Virus record (IMG/VR): IMGVR_UViG_3300048578_000191
Coordinates: 1 to 41,653 of that record
DNA length: 41,653 nucleotides
Source: a virus
Taxonomy: Duplodnaviria > Caudoviricetes
Strand: one strand, 5' to 3'
Shown: piece by piece, positions 7,598-16,871 of the stretch
How positions within the stretch are numbered: the first letter of the stretch is position 1
Layout: every line of letters starts with the position of its first letter
Position numbers and translations under genes: made by a program
The notes under the pieces: model-generated
Seen by the model: the letters and a program-made list of their open reading frames with translations, nothing else
Database searches by the model: none
Told to the model about the DNA's origin: nothing

Positions 7598-9046
7598 TCA
7601 CTGCGGGTCAAAGAGACGCGAGAGTTCATCGAGCGAGACGTCCTGCCAGACGGGCGTGCCGCCGCAGGATCCGCAACCGGTGCGAGACTTCGGGACGGTC
7701 AGAGAACCAGTCGGCGGAGTGCGTTGAACGGGCACGGCGATCGACGCGGGCGACGCGCTGGCGCGACGCACGGCCCGCCTGGCGTCATCCATCGCCCCCA
7801 GGTCCCGGAGCCCGCGGAGCGGAGCGCCGGTCCTGATGCCCAGGGCCCCCGGCCGCCCCTGGTTGGGATAGCACGCATCCTTGAGGCCGCAGCCGCCCTG
7901 ACAGGCGAGCCTCCCGCGCGTCCACGTCACGCTCGAGGAGATCTGCCAGTCGAAGCGTTGCCGCCCGTCGCAAAAGTACTGCTTGGCGCGATAGCTGAAC
8001 GCCTTGGTGTCCCCGGAGAGGTTGCTGAAGCCGGAGATTTCGACGCGGTCGCCGCCAGAGCCGCACAGATCGACGCTGCACAGCCCCGGGAACAGCGGCT
8101 GGGCCGCCGAGAACACGCCCAGCGAGTACTGGCAGGACGAGCAGTCGCCGACGCGGTCGAACTGCTGCCCGTTGGAATCGACGCACTGGATGGGGAACGT
8201 CCCGAACGCATCGCACGGCCCGGCCTTGGTGCAGGTGTAGCTCACGCCGCCGAGCAGATCGGTGAAGACCTCGTTGTACGCGACGGTGTTGCTCGACGTG
8301 GGCCCGAGCGCATCGCAGCAGTACATGCACGTCCACCCGTCGGCGATGGAGAACGTGATGCCGCCGGCAGGGCACGCAGGCTCGCCTGGCACGAAGCGCT
8401 TGAAGCACAGCGATCCGGACTGCGACTCATCGCAGCAGGAGAGGAGCGGATGGCTCGACTGGGGCCAGTCATCGAAGACGATGGCGTTGGGGAGAGCCGT
8501 CGACGGGCACTCCTGAAAGGTCTCCACGCTCAGCGGCCCGCCGCAGAAGTAGTACCCGTTCTGCTGGCTGGCGTCGACGCGGTCCAGGCACACCCACGCC
8601 TGGATGTTGCTGGCCGGATCGCAGGCCCGGGCCCGGGCGAAGATGGCGATGTTGGAGCACTGCGACTCTTCGCACGCGTCCGCGCACGAGAGGATCGTCG
8701 CACGCAGCGAGGGCGTCGCTTCGGCGGAGGTGTAGCGGCGATCGCCGGGGGCGTTCTGAAGGACGAAGCACGCATAGGCGGTGGGAAACTCGGCGCTGGA
8801 GGCGACCACGACGCGGTTGACGGCCGGGGGCGACGACTCACCGGGGCAGCGGTCGGAGACGCGGATGTAGACGTAGGGCGCGAACGAGGTGACCGAGCAG
8901 TTGCACACGCCCGCGCCGCCCTGGCAGGCGGTGGCAAGCCACCATTCGCCCGCGTCGCAGCAGTCGCCGCACGCGGCCGGATCGCCGACGAGCATGCGGG
9001 CGTCGCGGATGATCGGCCGCCCGTCGGGCCCGTACAGCAGCGCCAT
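7598..9046 (-). CDS. Very Cys-rich putative distal tail/receptor-binding protein
   Basis: 482 aa with roughly 40 Cys; RBS; located after the tail hub genes. Confidence 0.65.
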   Translation of the reverse strand: MALLYGPDGRPIIRDARMLVGDPAACGDCCDAGEWWLATACQGGAGVCNCSVTSFAPYVYIRVSDRCPGESSPPAVNRVVVASSAEFPTAYACFVLQNAPGDRRYTSAEATPSLRATILSCADACEESQCSNIAIFARARACDPASNIQAWVCLDRVDASQQNGYYFCGGPLSVETFQECPSTALPNAIVFDDWPQSSHPLLSCCDESQSGSLCFKRFVPGEPACPAGGITFSIADGWTCMYCCDALGPTSSNTVAYNEVFTDLLGGVSYTCTKAGPCDAFGTFPIQCVDSNGQQFDRVGDCSSCQYSLGVFSAAQPLFPGLCSVDLCGSGGDRVEISGFSNLSGDTKAFSYRAKQYFCDGRQRFDWQISSSVTWTRGRLACQGGCGLKDACYPNQGRPGALGIRTGAPLRGLRDLGAMDDARRAVRRASASPASIAVPVQRTPPTGSLTVPKSRTGCGSCGGTPVWQDVSLDELSRLFDPQ

Positions 9047-9055
9047 GAGCTGTCT

Positions 9056-9085
9056 CCCGCCCCCAACCCGCCCCCAACCCGCCCC
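9056..9085. repeat. Intergenic C-tract tandem repeat (cccgcccccaa x2 plus a partial copy)
   Basis: Read directly from the sequence. Confidence 0.7.
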
Positions 9086-9111
9086 GCAATCACGCCTCGA
9101 GCACGGATCGA

Positions 9112-10059
9112 TCAGGACGCCGTGACGACGATGCGCACGCTGGCCGCCTCGGGCGTGACGCCCGTGCCATCGATGACCAGCTCGCGCACCCCGGCCAGGT
9201 CGTCCTCGGGGATGTGCAGCACGCGCGCCCCCGCGGCGGTGATGGACTTGGCGACGGCAAAATCACGGACGGGCGCGAGCGATGACGGGGCCGCGTGGCG
9301 GACATTGAGCGTGCGGGCCCAGGTCCCGACCTCCGGGTCGGCGTAGACGGCCAGGCCGCGCACGCCGGAGGGGATGGGCACGCGCACGCGCGCCGTGGTC
9401 TGGCTCAGGTCCAGGACGCCCTCGTGCAGCACGGCCGGGATGCTCATCGATTCTGCCTCCATCAGCGTCCCGTCTGACACGGCGACAGGCAAGGGCGCAT
9501 CGGTCAGCAGCACCGGCGTGCCGAGCAGCCCCTCGGAAATGCCCAGCTCCAGCGCCGTGCGGGCGATGGCCAGGAGCGCCCCCCGCTGCTGCTCGGGCGT
9601 CGGCGGGGCGCACTCGGCGCGGTCGAACTCCTCGGTCAGGATCTCCAGCTCGCCGACGTCCTCGTTAGAGCCGTCAACGCCGCGGAGCAGGCGGGCCCAG
9701 GCGTCAACCTTGGCCGGGCGGATCTTCACGTCGCCGCCCGTGGCGGGGCGGTTGTACCGGGGGCGGAGCCCGGCGAACTCGGTGCCGTCGCCCCACAGCA
9801 CCACGTCATACGTCACGTTGTCGGGCGTGTCGGGCGGGGGCGTCGCCGCGGGGTCTGTGGTGGTGACGCCCCCGGAGTGCACGGCCTTGATGCGCACGAA
9901 GCGGATTCTGGCGGCCAGCTGCGCCGCCAGGCGCGTCACGGCGGACCACTGCTGGCGTTCGACGGCGGTCCACAGGGCCGCGATGTGCTCGACGATGCCG
10001 TTGTGGTCCGAGCCCAGGAGCGCATCGCCCGGGGCCACGGTGCGGAGTTTCGTGGGCAT
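9112..10059 (-). CDS. Putative minor tail protein
   Basis: Position in the tail operon; RBS before MPTKL. Confidence 0.6.
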   Translation of the reverse strand: MPTKLRTVAPGDALLGSDHNGIVEHIAALWTAVERQQWSAVTRLAAQLAARIRFVRIKAVHSGGVTTTDPAATPPPDTPDNVTYDVVLWGDGTEFAGLRPRYNRPATGGDVKIRPAKVDAWARLLRGVDGSNEDVGELEILTEEFDRAECAPPTPEQQRGALLAIARTALELGISEGLLGTPVLLTDAPLPVAVSDGTLMEAESMSIPAVLHEGVLDLSQTTARVRVPIPSGVRGLAVYADPEVGTWARTLNVRHAAPSSLAPVRDFAVAKSITAAGARVLHIPEDDLAGVRELVIDGTGVTPEAASVRIVVTAS

Positions 10060-10193
10060 GCCGCCTTCCTCCGCCCGGGAAAAACGGCGCTCGGGCTGCA
10101 ACCCGAGCGCCGTCGATCAACCCGAAAGTCCTGCCTAGGGAGCGAACATCGATGACTCGATGCGGGTTGTGCGTGAACTGTATCCGCCGGGGC

Positions 10194-11000
10194 TCAGGCG
10201 ACGACGGCCGCAAAGTCGTAGTGCTCGAAGTCGTTGATGTACACGGCGGAGAGGCCGCCGGAGGGGCTGGCCAGTCCGTCCTTGTCCTGGCGGTAGTAGT
10301 ACGCGCGGTGGTCGCCGATCACCAGCTCGTGGGCCACCTCGAGCAGGTCGCCGGAGATGCGGGTGCGATAGCCGCGGTACCGCACGGTGCGCTCGCCGTA
10401 GGAGCGGGTCTGCACGTCGCCGACGTAAAGGCCGGGGACGACGATGGTGAAGCGGTTGAGGGGCTGAACGCGGGTGAGCTCATCGAGGAAGGCGTAGTCG
10501 AAGGCGAAGGTCTTGGCGTAGAACTTGCGGACCAGGGCGGTGACGCGGGGGATCTCCTTGCCGACGCCGTCGCCGTTGGCGATCTGCCGGTCCCAGTCGG
10601 GGTTGAGGGCCAGCAGATCCGGCTTGTATCCGTAGCGCACGTTGACAGTCTCGTAGGACACGTCGAACTCGGTCCACTTGTCGCCGGGCTGCTGCGGAAT
10701 CTGCAGCACCTCGATGTTCTCCGCGTAGTCGACGCAGATGAAGGACCAGCCGCCGGCCTCGCCGGGCGCGCCGGGCTGGCCGGCCAGGTCCTCGGCGTCG
10801 CCGACCTCGACGACGCGCAGCGTGGGCAGCGATGCGTCGTAGATGTCGCCGCGTGCGGGCAGTCCGATGGCGGCGTGGGCCTGGCGGACGTCGCTGGTGG
10901 GCACGCGGTACCAGCGGCGGGCGGTCCACCCGCGGCTGGTTCGGCGGAGCTCGGGCTTGTAGCGCCGGTGCCCGTCGACAAACTCGGCGATGATGGGCAT
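10194..11000 (-). CDS. Putative tail hub/distal tail protein
   Basis: Immediately follows the tape measure gene; beta-rich, aromatic sequence. Confidence 0.6.
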   Translation of the reverse strand: MPIIAEFVDGHRRYKPELRRTSRGWTARRWYRVPTSDVRQAHAAIGLPARGDIYDASLPTLRVVEVGDAEDLAGQPGAPGEAGGWSFICVDYAENIEVLQIPQQPGDKWTEFDVSYETVNVRYGYKPDLLALNPDWDRQIANGDGVGKEIPRVTALVRKFYAKTFAFDYAFLDELTRVQPLNRFTIVVPGLYVGDVQTRSYGERTVRYRGYRTRISGDLLEVAHELVIGDHRAYYYRQDKDGLASPSGGLSAVYINDFEHYDFAAVVA

Positions 11001-11014
11001 TGCTCAGCTCCCGT

Positions 11015-11065
11015 CCCCTGACCCCCGACCCCTCACCCCTCACCCCTATTCCCTGCCCCTCACCC
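11015..11065. repeat. Heptamer-type C-tract repeat array (cccctga/cccccga/cccctca)
   Basis: Read directly; abuts the tape-measure stop codon. Confidence 0.8.
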
Positions 11066-12577
11066 GTACCGCGCCTTCCCGGACTCCCGGGTATTGCGTT
11101 CGATGCGTTCGAGCGTGGCGCGCTGGGCTTTCAGCTCCGAGACCACCGGGCTCTCGCCGCGAGGCCCGAAGACCTGCCCGAAGAGCCGCCCGTCCCGCGC
11201 GAGCCCGGGTCCGATCACGACCGAAGAGACGGACTCGGAAAGCGATCGGGGCGACTGGCGGTTGATCTCGGGCCGGTTGTTCACGATGTCGAGCGCTTCC
11301 CGCCGACGCTTGTTGAGTTCATCGATCACATAGGTCCGCCGGCTCTCGAGCAGCGACTGGTCTTCCTGCACGCGCTTGATGTCCTGGTCGAACTTCAGGT
11401 TGATGGCCCGAAGGTCGGCCTGCCGCTCGAGCAGTGACGCCTGCTTGGCCAGCGCCTCGGCGGTGGCGTCGTCTCCGGCCATGCGCGCCGCCTCCGCCTG
11501 GGATTTCAGCAGGTCCACGCGGGCTCGGGCGTTGATGGAGTCGGCCTGGTCGATCATGGCCCGGGTGTTGTCCAGGCCCTCCATCGCCCGTCTGACCCAC
11601 TCCGATCGCCTGGCGGCGTCCTCTTCTTCCTTGCGGCGTTTCTCTTCTCGCGCCGCCAGCGCGGCGGTCCACAGTTCGGCGACGCGTGCGGCCTCGGCCT
11701 GCTCGCGTGCCCGGCGGGCGTCGTCCTCGGCGATGCGCAGGCTCAGCGCCGCGTTCTCTTCCAGCAGGGCTCTGTGCTTGGCCAGTTCGGCGGTGGACGC
11801 GCCGAGCGCCCGCAGCTGAACGAACTGCTCCTCGGCGGCGATGCGCTGCAGCGTCACTTCGATGCGTCGCTGGGCGACGGTGTCGCCCCGGAGCGCCGCG
11901 AGCTGCGCCTCGGCGCGGAGCTCGAAGGCCCGCCGCGGAACCAGGTCGGCCCAGTACTGGTTCTGATCAAGCGTCGTGCGTCTGGCTTCGCGCACCATCA
12001 GCGTCTCGGACGCGGCCCGGAGAGGGTTGCCGGAGCGCATGGAACGCCAGCCATAGGAAACGATGTCGAAGTACCCCTCGACCGCGCCGGCGGCCGCGTT
12101 GGCTAATGCGCCAGCGGCCCTTTGGGTCCCCGCGTCAACCCACAACGCCGCAAGCCTGTTCTTTGCCCGCTGAATCGATCGGTCGTAGGCCGCCATGGCC
12201 TGGGCGGCGGCGGGATCGATCTTTCCAAGCCCCCTGATCATGTCGTTCTGAAACTTCAGCAAGACCAAGGCCGCCCCGGCCGCCTTGAGAAACCCCCGGG
12301 CCATCGCCGAGGACTCTTCCAGGCTGGCGCTGGTCCTGCGGTTTCGGAGCGACGCTTCAAAGGCCTCCTCGGCGGAAAAGGCCGAGTCCCGCGCCGCGCC
12401 CACGCTGTACTGATACCGGCTGGCCTCGATGGCCAGCCGCCGGCTCATCGCGTTGCGCCGCTCCATCGAGGCGATGAAGCCCCGTTCGGACGCGGCCAGC
12501 CGCGTGTCCATCCGCGCCATGCCCCGCTCAAAGGGCGTGACGTCCAGACTGGCCATGTACTTGACTTCACCCGACAT
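11060..12577 (-). CDS. Tail tape measure-like protein (short, ~505 aa)
   Basis: N-terminal ASLDVTPFERGM, long Ala/Arg/Glu coiled-coil helices, C-terminal TLERIERNT; gene position; GGAGG RBS. Confidence 0.7.
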   Translation of the reverse strand: MSGEVKYMASLDVTPFERGMARMDTRLAASERGFIASMERRNAMSRRLAIEASRYQYSVGAARDSAFSAEEAFEASLRNRRTSASLEESSAMARGFLKAAGAALVLLKFQNDMIRGLGKIDPAAAQAMAAYDRSIQRAKNRLAALWVDAGTQRAAGALANAAAGAVEGYFDIVSYGWRSMRSGNPLRAASETLMVREARRTTLDQNQYWADLVPRRAFELRAEAQLAALRGDTVAQRRIEVTLQRIAAEEQFVQLRALGASTAELAKHRALLEENAALSLRIAEDDARRAREQAEAARVAELWTAALAAREEKRRKEEEDAARRSEWVRRAMEGLDNTRAMIDQADSINARARVDLLKSQAEAARMAGDDATAEALAKQASLLERQADLRAINLKFDQDIKRVQEDQSLLESRRTYVIDELNKRRREALDIVNNRPEINRQSPRSLSESVSSVVIGPGLARDGRLFGQVFGPRGESPVVSELKAQRATLERIERNTRESGKARYG

Positions 12578-12615
12578 ACTCGCCTCCCCGCGCTCTGCCC
12601 GCACTGCCCGCCCTC

Positions 12616-12644
12616 GTGGCACAGGAATCCCATCCTGTGCCTAC
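12616..12644 (-). repeat. GTAG-type REP palindrome
   Basis: Minus strand reads GTAG-gcacagga-tggga-ttcctgtgc-cac. Confidence 0.7.
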
Positions 12645-12668
12645 CCCAACTCCGCCCTTTCTTCTCTG

Positions 12669-12718
12669 CCCCAACCCCCAACCCCCAACCCCTAACCCCT
12701 AACCCCTAACCCCTAACC
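12669..12718. repeat. Telomere-like array: (CCCCTAA)4 preceded by CCCC(C)AA x3
   Basis: Four perfect CCCCTAA units at 12689-12716. Confidence 0.9.
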
Positions 12719-12719
12719 G

Positions 12720-13484
12720 CTACTTCAGCGTGTCAATCACCACCGCCTTGAACCCCCTGCGGATCGAGGTCAGCCCCCGCGGACCTTCGACGTTGCGGCG
12801 GGCGTCGCGGAGCACGTTGAAGTTGCGCTCGACGATGTTGGCGTGGGCCTCGAGGTTGACCAGCTCCAGGATGACCTTGCCCTTCTCCGTGCGCATGCGT
12901 CCGTAGCCGCCGTAGACGATCGGCAGCACGCGGTGCAGGCGGGCCGAGACACGCCGGCCATTGGCCCCACGGCGGGCCGAGCGGCCGTAGATGAATGAGT
13001 AGGCGATTCCGGGCTGGGCCTTGGCCAGGGCGGCGACGGTCTGGTCCAGCCGGCGGCGGGCCCGGACGGCCTGGGCCAGCGCGGTCCGCAGCTCGCGCTG
13101 TTTGCGGTTGTAGAACGCGTCGCGCTTCCTGCCTTTGGAGTCGTACCAGGACCACAGCAGGCCCTTGATGGCCTCGACGCGGGCGTCGGCGGCCTCCCAG
13201 GCCCGCTGATAGTCCTCCACCTGGCGCTCGAGCAGCTCGACGTAGCGGGCGTGGTGGGAAGAAACCACCAATGGCACGCGGGCGGGGATGCCGGAGAGTG
13301 CGGCCTGCTCGCCGGCCTCGAGCCACGCGTTGACGTAGCGGTTGGTGTCCCGCGGGGCGATGTTGGCCATGGCCACGACCAGCTCCGCGCCGTAGTCGCG
13401 CATGGCGCGGATGGCCCCGCGCGGCAGGTTGCGGCGGAGCTGGTCCTGGAAGCGATCGAAGTTGGATCGGTCAACCCGGCTCAT
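12720..13484 (-). CDS. HK97 gp10-like neck/tail completion protein
   Basis: APRDT...NAW and N..AHANIVE motifs; basic protein in the tail module. Confidence 0.55.
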   Translation of the reverse strand: MSRVDRSNFDRFQDQLRRNLPRGAIRAMRDYGAELVVAMANIAPRDTNRYVNAWLEAGEQAALSGIPARVPLVVSSHHARYVELLERQVEDYQRAWEAADARVEAIKGLLWSWYDSKGRKRDAFYNRKQRELRTALAQAVRARRRLDQTVAALAKAQPGIAYSFIYGRSARRGANGRRVSARLHRVLPIVYGGYGRMRTEKGKVILELVNLEAHANIVERNFNVLRDARRNVEGPRGLTSIRRGFKAVVIDTLK

Positions 13485-14184
13485 GGCTCTGGCCGCGGGG
13501 GAGCGTGTCGGTGCTATTGGCGGCGACGATCACCGGAGACTCCTCCTCGTAACGCACGCGGTCGTAGGCCGCCAGGACCTCGAGCGCCGGAGGCGGCAGG
13601 GCGTGCAGCCGGGCGAGATCATCGAGCGGGTTGAGGCCGAAGCGCTCGCACACCCGGAGCATGACATAGGTGTCGTGGGTGAAGTACCGGTCGGGGGTGA
13701 CCCGTTCAGTGCCTTTGGCGTCGGGCGGCGCGGGGGTGATGAGCTTGGCGACGGCCTCGTCGCGGCTCAGGCTGCCCAGGGAGCGGCTGAACTCGACGAT
13801 CTGCTCCAGCATGGCGATGGGGAATCGTGCCAGCTGCGGGGCGCAGGCCGCCCACTTCTCGGACTGGGCGCGGTCGGAGGCGGACCAGGTCAGCCCGGGG
13901 CCCAACTCCATGTCCAGCGCCACGCCGGCCTCGATGGTCAGGCGGCGGACGTACCAGGACTGGTACTCGGCGCGATAGGCGGGGTGTTCCGGGTCCGGCA
14001 CGGGGGGTGCCAGGCTCCCGGCCGACTCGTCCTTCTTGCGGGGCGGGATTGGCCGCGGGGCGATGGCCTCGAGCATGGCCTCGTCGGCGGCCGAGAGCAT
14101 GCGGACGGTGAGCTGATGGCCCGCCACTTCCAGCGGGCGGCTGGAGGTGACGCCGAGAATCTGCTCCAAGCTATTGACGTTCAT
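13471..14184 (-). CDS. Putative tail assembly chaperone
   Basis: Lies between tail tube and tape measure; LTVRMLSAADE motif; GGGGAG RBS. Confidence 0.55.
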   Translation of the reverse strand: MNVNSLEQILGVTSSRPLEVAGHQLTVRMLSAADEAMLEAIAPRPIPPRKKDESAGSLAPPVPDPEHPAYRAEYQSWYVRRLTIEAGVALDMELGPGLTWSASDRAQSEKWAACAPQLARFPIAMLEQIVEFSRSLGSLSRDEAVAKLITPAPPDAKGTERVTPDRYFTHDTYVMLRVCERFGLNPLDDLARLHALPPPALEVLAAYDRVRYEEESPVIVAANSTDTLPRGQSHEPG

Positions 14185-14188
14185 GGTC

Positions 14189-14217
14189 TTGCACTCCCCG
14201 CGCTTTACGCGCATAAT
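14189..14217 (+). promoter_or_regulatory. Sigma70-like promoter for a leaderless moron transcript
   Basis: TTGCAC-17 bp-CATAAT, then 7 nt to the ATG at 14225. Confidence 0.6.
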
Positions 14218-14224
14218 GTTAAAT

Positions 14225-14761
14225 ATGCCGACGTTCAAAATCACAGATCAGGACGGAAGGACCCGCAGGGCGGAAGGCCCCACCCGCGACGCGGTGATCG
14301 CCGAGGCCAATCGGCAGCGGATCCTCGTCGCCTCTTGCATCGAGGTGCCAAATGCGCCCACTCCGGCGGTGGGCCCGCAGACGGCGGATCCCAACTCGTC
14401 CGAAGTGCACGCGGGCTCACCCCAGAGCCGTGAGAGCATCCGCACCGATGTGCGTGATGGCGTGATGGACGCGATCAACACACTGCTGGTCACGTGGGTT
14501 GTCGCGCCCGGCTTGGCAGTTCTGGCGGTGGTTGCCCTGGGGGCAGCCGTTTCGGACTTTGAAGGCTCTCGCGATCAACGGAGGTTCGCGATGATCGCTG
14601 GCGCCGTGTTCTCGATCTTGCCGGCGTGGCTGATTTGCCACATCCACAAGATCCGCCGGTGGTCCCTTCGGATCGTGGCGTGGTCCGCGATGGTCATCAT
14701 TCCCGGCGCGATGGTCAGCTACGGCGTCGCGCTGCTCCTCGGCATGAAGATCGTGTTGTAG
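14225..14761 (+). CDS. Membrane protein (3 predicted TM segments), moron
   Basis: Three hydrophobic stretches in the C-terminal half; antisense to the tail operon; has its own promoter. Confidence 0.7.
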   Translation: MPTFKITDQDGRTRRAEGPTRDAVIAEANRQRILVASCIEVPNAPTPAVGPQTADPNSSEVHAGSPQSRESIRTDVRDGVMDAINTLLVTWVVAPGLAVLAVVALGAAVSDFEGSRDQRRFAMIAGAVFSILPAWLICHIHKIRRWSLRIVAWSAMVIIPGAMVSYGVALLLGMKIVL

Positions 14762-14808
14762 CGCACGCCAACGCGCAGAAAAAGCGACCCGCGGGTACCG
14801 CGTCAGCC

Positions 14809-15288
14809 TCACGCGTACTGCGTCATCCCGGGGATCGGGTCATTGGAGAAGAACTCGATCTCGACCTTGTCGTAGTCCTTGCCGGCGCCGCCCTTGATCG
14901 AGCCGGGGTCCATGAAGAAGCAGTTGGTGAGCGCGGCCTTGGTGAAGTTGCCGGCCCCCTTGTACTTGTCCCACTCGATGTCGCAGTCGAACGTGTACTT
15001 CAGGCCCGTGGTCGTGTCGCGCTTGAGCATGAAGTCGAGCAGCTCGCCCACGCCGGTCTTGCCGGTGAACATGGCCGTGAGCTTCACCTTGCTGCGCTTG
15101 GGGTCGCCCTCGAGCGGCACCTGCAGCTGGCCGCCGCTGTCCCACTCGATCGAGTCGTAGCCCCCGGCGGTGAGCTCGATGGTCCCGTCGACGACGTTGA
15201 GGACCACGTACGAGTTGGCCCCCTTCTTGAGCGTGAGCTTCCCGCCCAGGCGGTGAACCACGGGCTGCCCGGCATTGACGTTCGGCAT
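14809..15288 (-). CDS. Putative major tail tube protein
   Basis: 159 aa, beta-rich, strong codon bias; follows the tail terminator-like gene. Confidence 0.65.
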   Translation of the reverse strand: MPNVNAGQPVVHRLGGKLTLKKGANSYVVLNVVDGTIELTAGGYDSIEWDSGGQLQVPLEGDPKRSKVKLTAMFTGKTGVGELLDFMLKRDTTTGLKYTFDCDIEWDKYKGAGNFTKAALTNCFFMDPGSIKGGAGKDYDKVEIEFFSNDPIPGMTQYA

Positions 15289-15351
15289 GGCAAGTCTCCC
15301 AAAGAGCGGGCAACGCCCGCGATGATGACCAGTCTCCCTCTTCTTCTTCTT

Positions 15352-15384
15352 CCCTGACCCCTAGCCCCCAACCCCGAACCCCTA
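15352..15384. repeat. Heptamer-type C-tract repeat array
   Basis: ccctga cccctag cccccaa ccccgaa ccccta; includes the upstream gene stop. Confidence 0.8.
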
Positions 15385-15834
15385 CTCCGCATTCGTCCGA
15401 TCGCTCCCGATCCGCGAGGCCATCCCGGAGACGGTGATGACGCAGGTGGCGGAGCGCACGCCGCGGGGGTCCACGGCCTCGAAGTAGCGCCGGGCGGTCC
15501 GGCCCATGTGGATCTGCGTCCCCTTGGCGTCGTTGGCCAGGCGCTGCTCATCGAGCAGGTCGGCGATGCGCATGGCCAGCGTGCTGATCTTGGCGGGCCC
15601 GTCGGTGCCGGCGATCTTGCACTGCACGGCGATGGTGAGCGTGACGTCGGCGACGTCGGTGCTTTCCGCCTCGGACTCGCGGGGGCTGGCGATGATCTCC
15701 AGGCCGGTGATGCGGGCCCAGGTCGGCGCGTCGTCATCGTGCGGGTCCCCGAGCGCCTCGACGGCCGTGCCGCCGGCGTCGGCCGCGGACACGACCAGGT
15801 CCATCAGCACCGTGTCATCAATCCGGTTCGGCAT
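15382..15834 (-). CDS. Putative tail terminator/completion protein
   Basis: Size, position before the tail tube, and alternating beta-strand pattern. Confidence 0.55.
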   Translation of the reverse strand: MPNRIDDTVLMDLVVSAADAGGTAVEALGDPHDDDAPTWARITGLEIIASPRESEAESTDVADVTLTIAVQCKIAGTDGPAKISTLAMRIADLLDEQRLANDAKGTQIHMGRTARRYFEAVDPRGVRSATCVITVSGMASRIGSDRTNAE

Positions 15835-15846
15835 CGCATCCCTCTT

Positions 15847-15943
15847 CCCTGACCCCTGACCCCCAACCCCTAACCCCTAGCCCCCAACCCCTAGCCCCCA
15901 ACCCCTAGCCCCCAACCCCTAGCCCCCAACTCCTAGCCCCCAA
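15847..15943. repeat. Longest C-tract array, including tandem 14-bp CCCCTAGCCCCCAA units
   Basis: Read directly; the last unit encodes the final codons and stop of the upstream gene. Confidence 0.9.
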
Positions 15944-16310
15944 TCCGGGCACAGAAACAATCCAGCACCTTCCCATCGACCCGCAGGGATCGCACGCGGA
16001 TCTCCCAGTCCTTGCCGCTGGCGCGGATGATGTCGTAGCTGGTATCGACGTCGATGCCGGCCGTGGCCAGGTCGGAGATGAGGAAGCTGAAGGTGGCCTC
16101 GGTGCTGGTGGCCTTGCCGTCGGGCAGGGCCATGGCCTGCTCAGCGGTTTGCACGGCGCGGACGGTGACGGCCTCGCCCTCGGCGAGCACGGGCTTCAGC
16201 GTGCCGGGCGCGCGAGAGGTGCGGCCGCGGCGGATGATCTGGACGTCGGCGCAGAACCCGCCGGTGACGGCCCCGAGCATCGCATCGGTCGCCGCGTCCA
16301 GGTACCCCAT
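15933..16310 (-). CDS. Putative head-closure/head-tail adaptor protein
   Basis: About 125 aa, beta-rich, first gene of the connector block. Confidence 0.55.
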   Translation of the reverse strand: MGYLDAATDAMLGAVTGGFCADVQIIRRGRTSRAPGTLKPVLAEGEAVTVRAVQTAEQAMALPDGKATSTEATFSFLISDLATAGIDVDTSYDIIRASGKDWEIRVRSLRVDGKVLDCFCARIGG

Positions 16311-16311
16311 C

Positions 16312-16366
16312 GCACACCCCCACCCCCCACCACTCACCTCTCACCATTCACTCTTCACCACTCACC
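16312..16366. repeat. Degenerate heptamer array (CACCACT-like)
   Basis: caccact cacctct caccatt cactctt caccact cacc. Confidence 0.75.
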
Positions 16367-16817
16367 GGTCTCCGAGAACCCCCGCCGTCAACCCCGCCGC
16401 CAGCTCCTCAAACAGCACCGCGATGAACACCCGCAGCAGCTCACGAGCGTCGAACCCGTTGGACTGCCCGATGAGCTCGAGCCGGTGCAGCACCTCGCCG
16501 CGAAGAAGCGCGCGGGTGTGCTCGTCCATCGCGGCGTTGGCGTTGGCCAGGCCGGTGCCGATGAGCATCCCGGCCCGACGAAGAATGTGCTCAACATCAG
16601 CCGCCACCGCCTCATCGAGCGTGACGGGCGATCCGACTTCCTCCTCCGTGCCGCCCTGCTCGATCGCGTGCGTGATCGCCCCCATCGTCCGCGTGACAAC
16701 CACGCCCAGCATGTCGTGGAAGGACCGGGGCGAAGCGGCAGGGCCTGGGCTGGTCCCACCGGCCGGGGGTTGCGTGCGGCCGGTCCCATCGTGGATGGCC
16801 GTCTGGCTCTGCGTCAT
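16362..16817 (-). CDS. Hypothetical helical protein
   Basis: GGAG RBS; operon orientation. Confidence 0.55.
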   Translation of the reverse strand: MTQSQTAIHDGTGRTQPPAGGTSPGPAASPRSFHDMLGVVVTRTMGAITHAIEQGGTEEEVGSPVTLDEAVAADVEHILRRAGMLIGTGLANANAAMDEHTRALLRGEVLHRLELIGQSNGFDARELLRVFIAVLFEELAAGLTAGVLGDR

Positions 16818-16840
16818 GTGCCTGCTCCATGGCGAAGTAA

Positions 16841-16871
16841 GGGGTCAGGGGTTGGGGGTCGGGGATCGGGG
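16841..16871. repeat. G-tract heptamer array (opposite orientation)
   Basis: ggggtca ggggttg ggggtcg gggatcg ggg. Confidence 0.8.

Noticed and set aside
6197-9346. 1049-aa plus-strand ORF
   Set aside because: Antisense shadow of three coherent minus-strand genes; Arg/Ala/Gly-rich with no motifs, typical of high-GC DNA
6223-10059. Diversity-generating retroelement or invertible tail-fibre cassette
   Set aside because: No reverse transcriptase, template/variable repeat pair or serine invertase seen
12669-12718. TTAGGGG array as a true telomere or eukaryotic contamination
   Set aside because: Short, internal, degenerate, and embedded in a continuous phage operon
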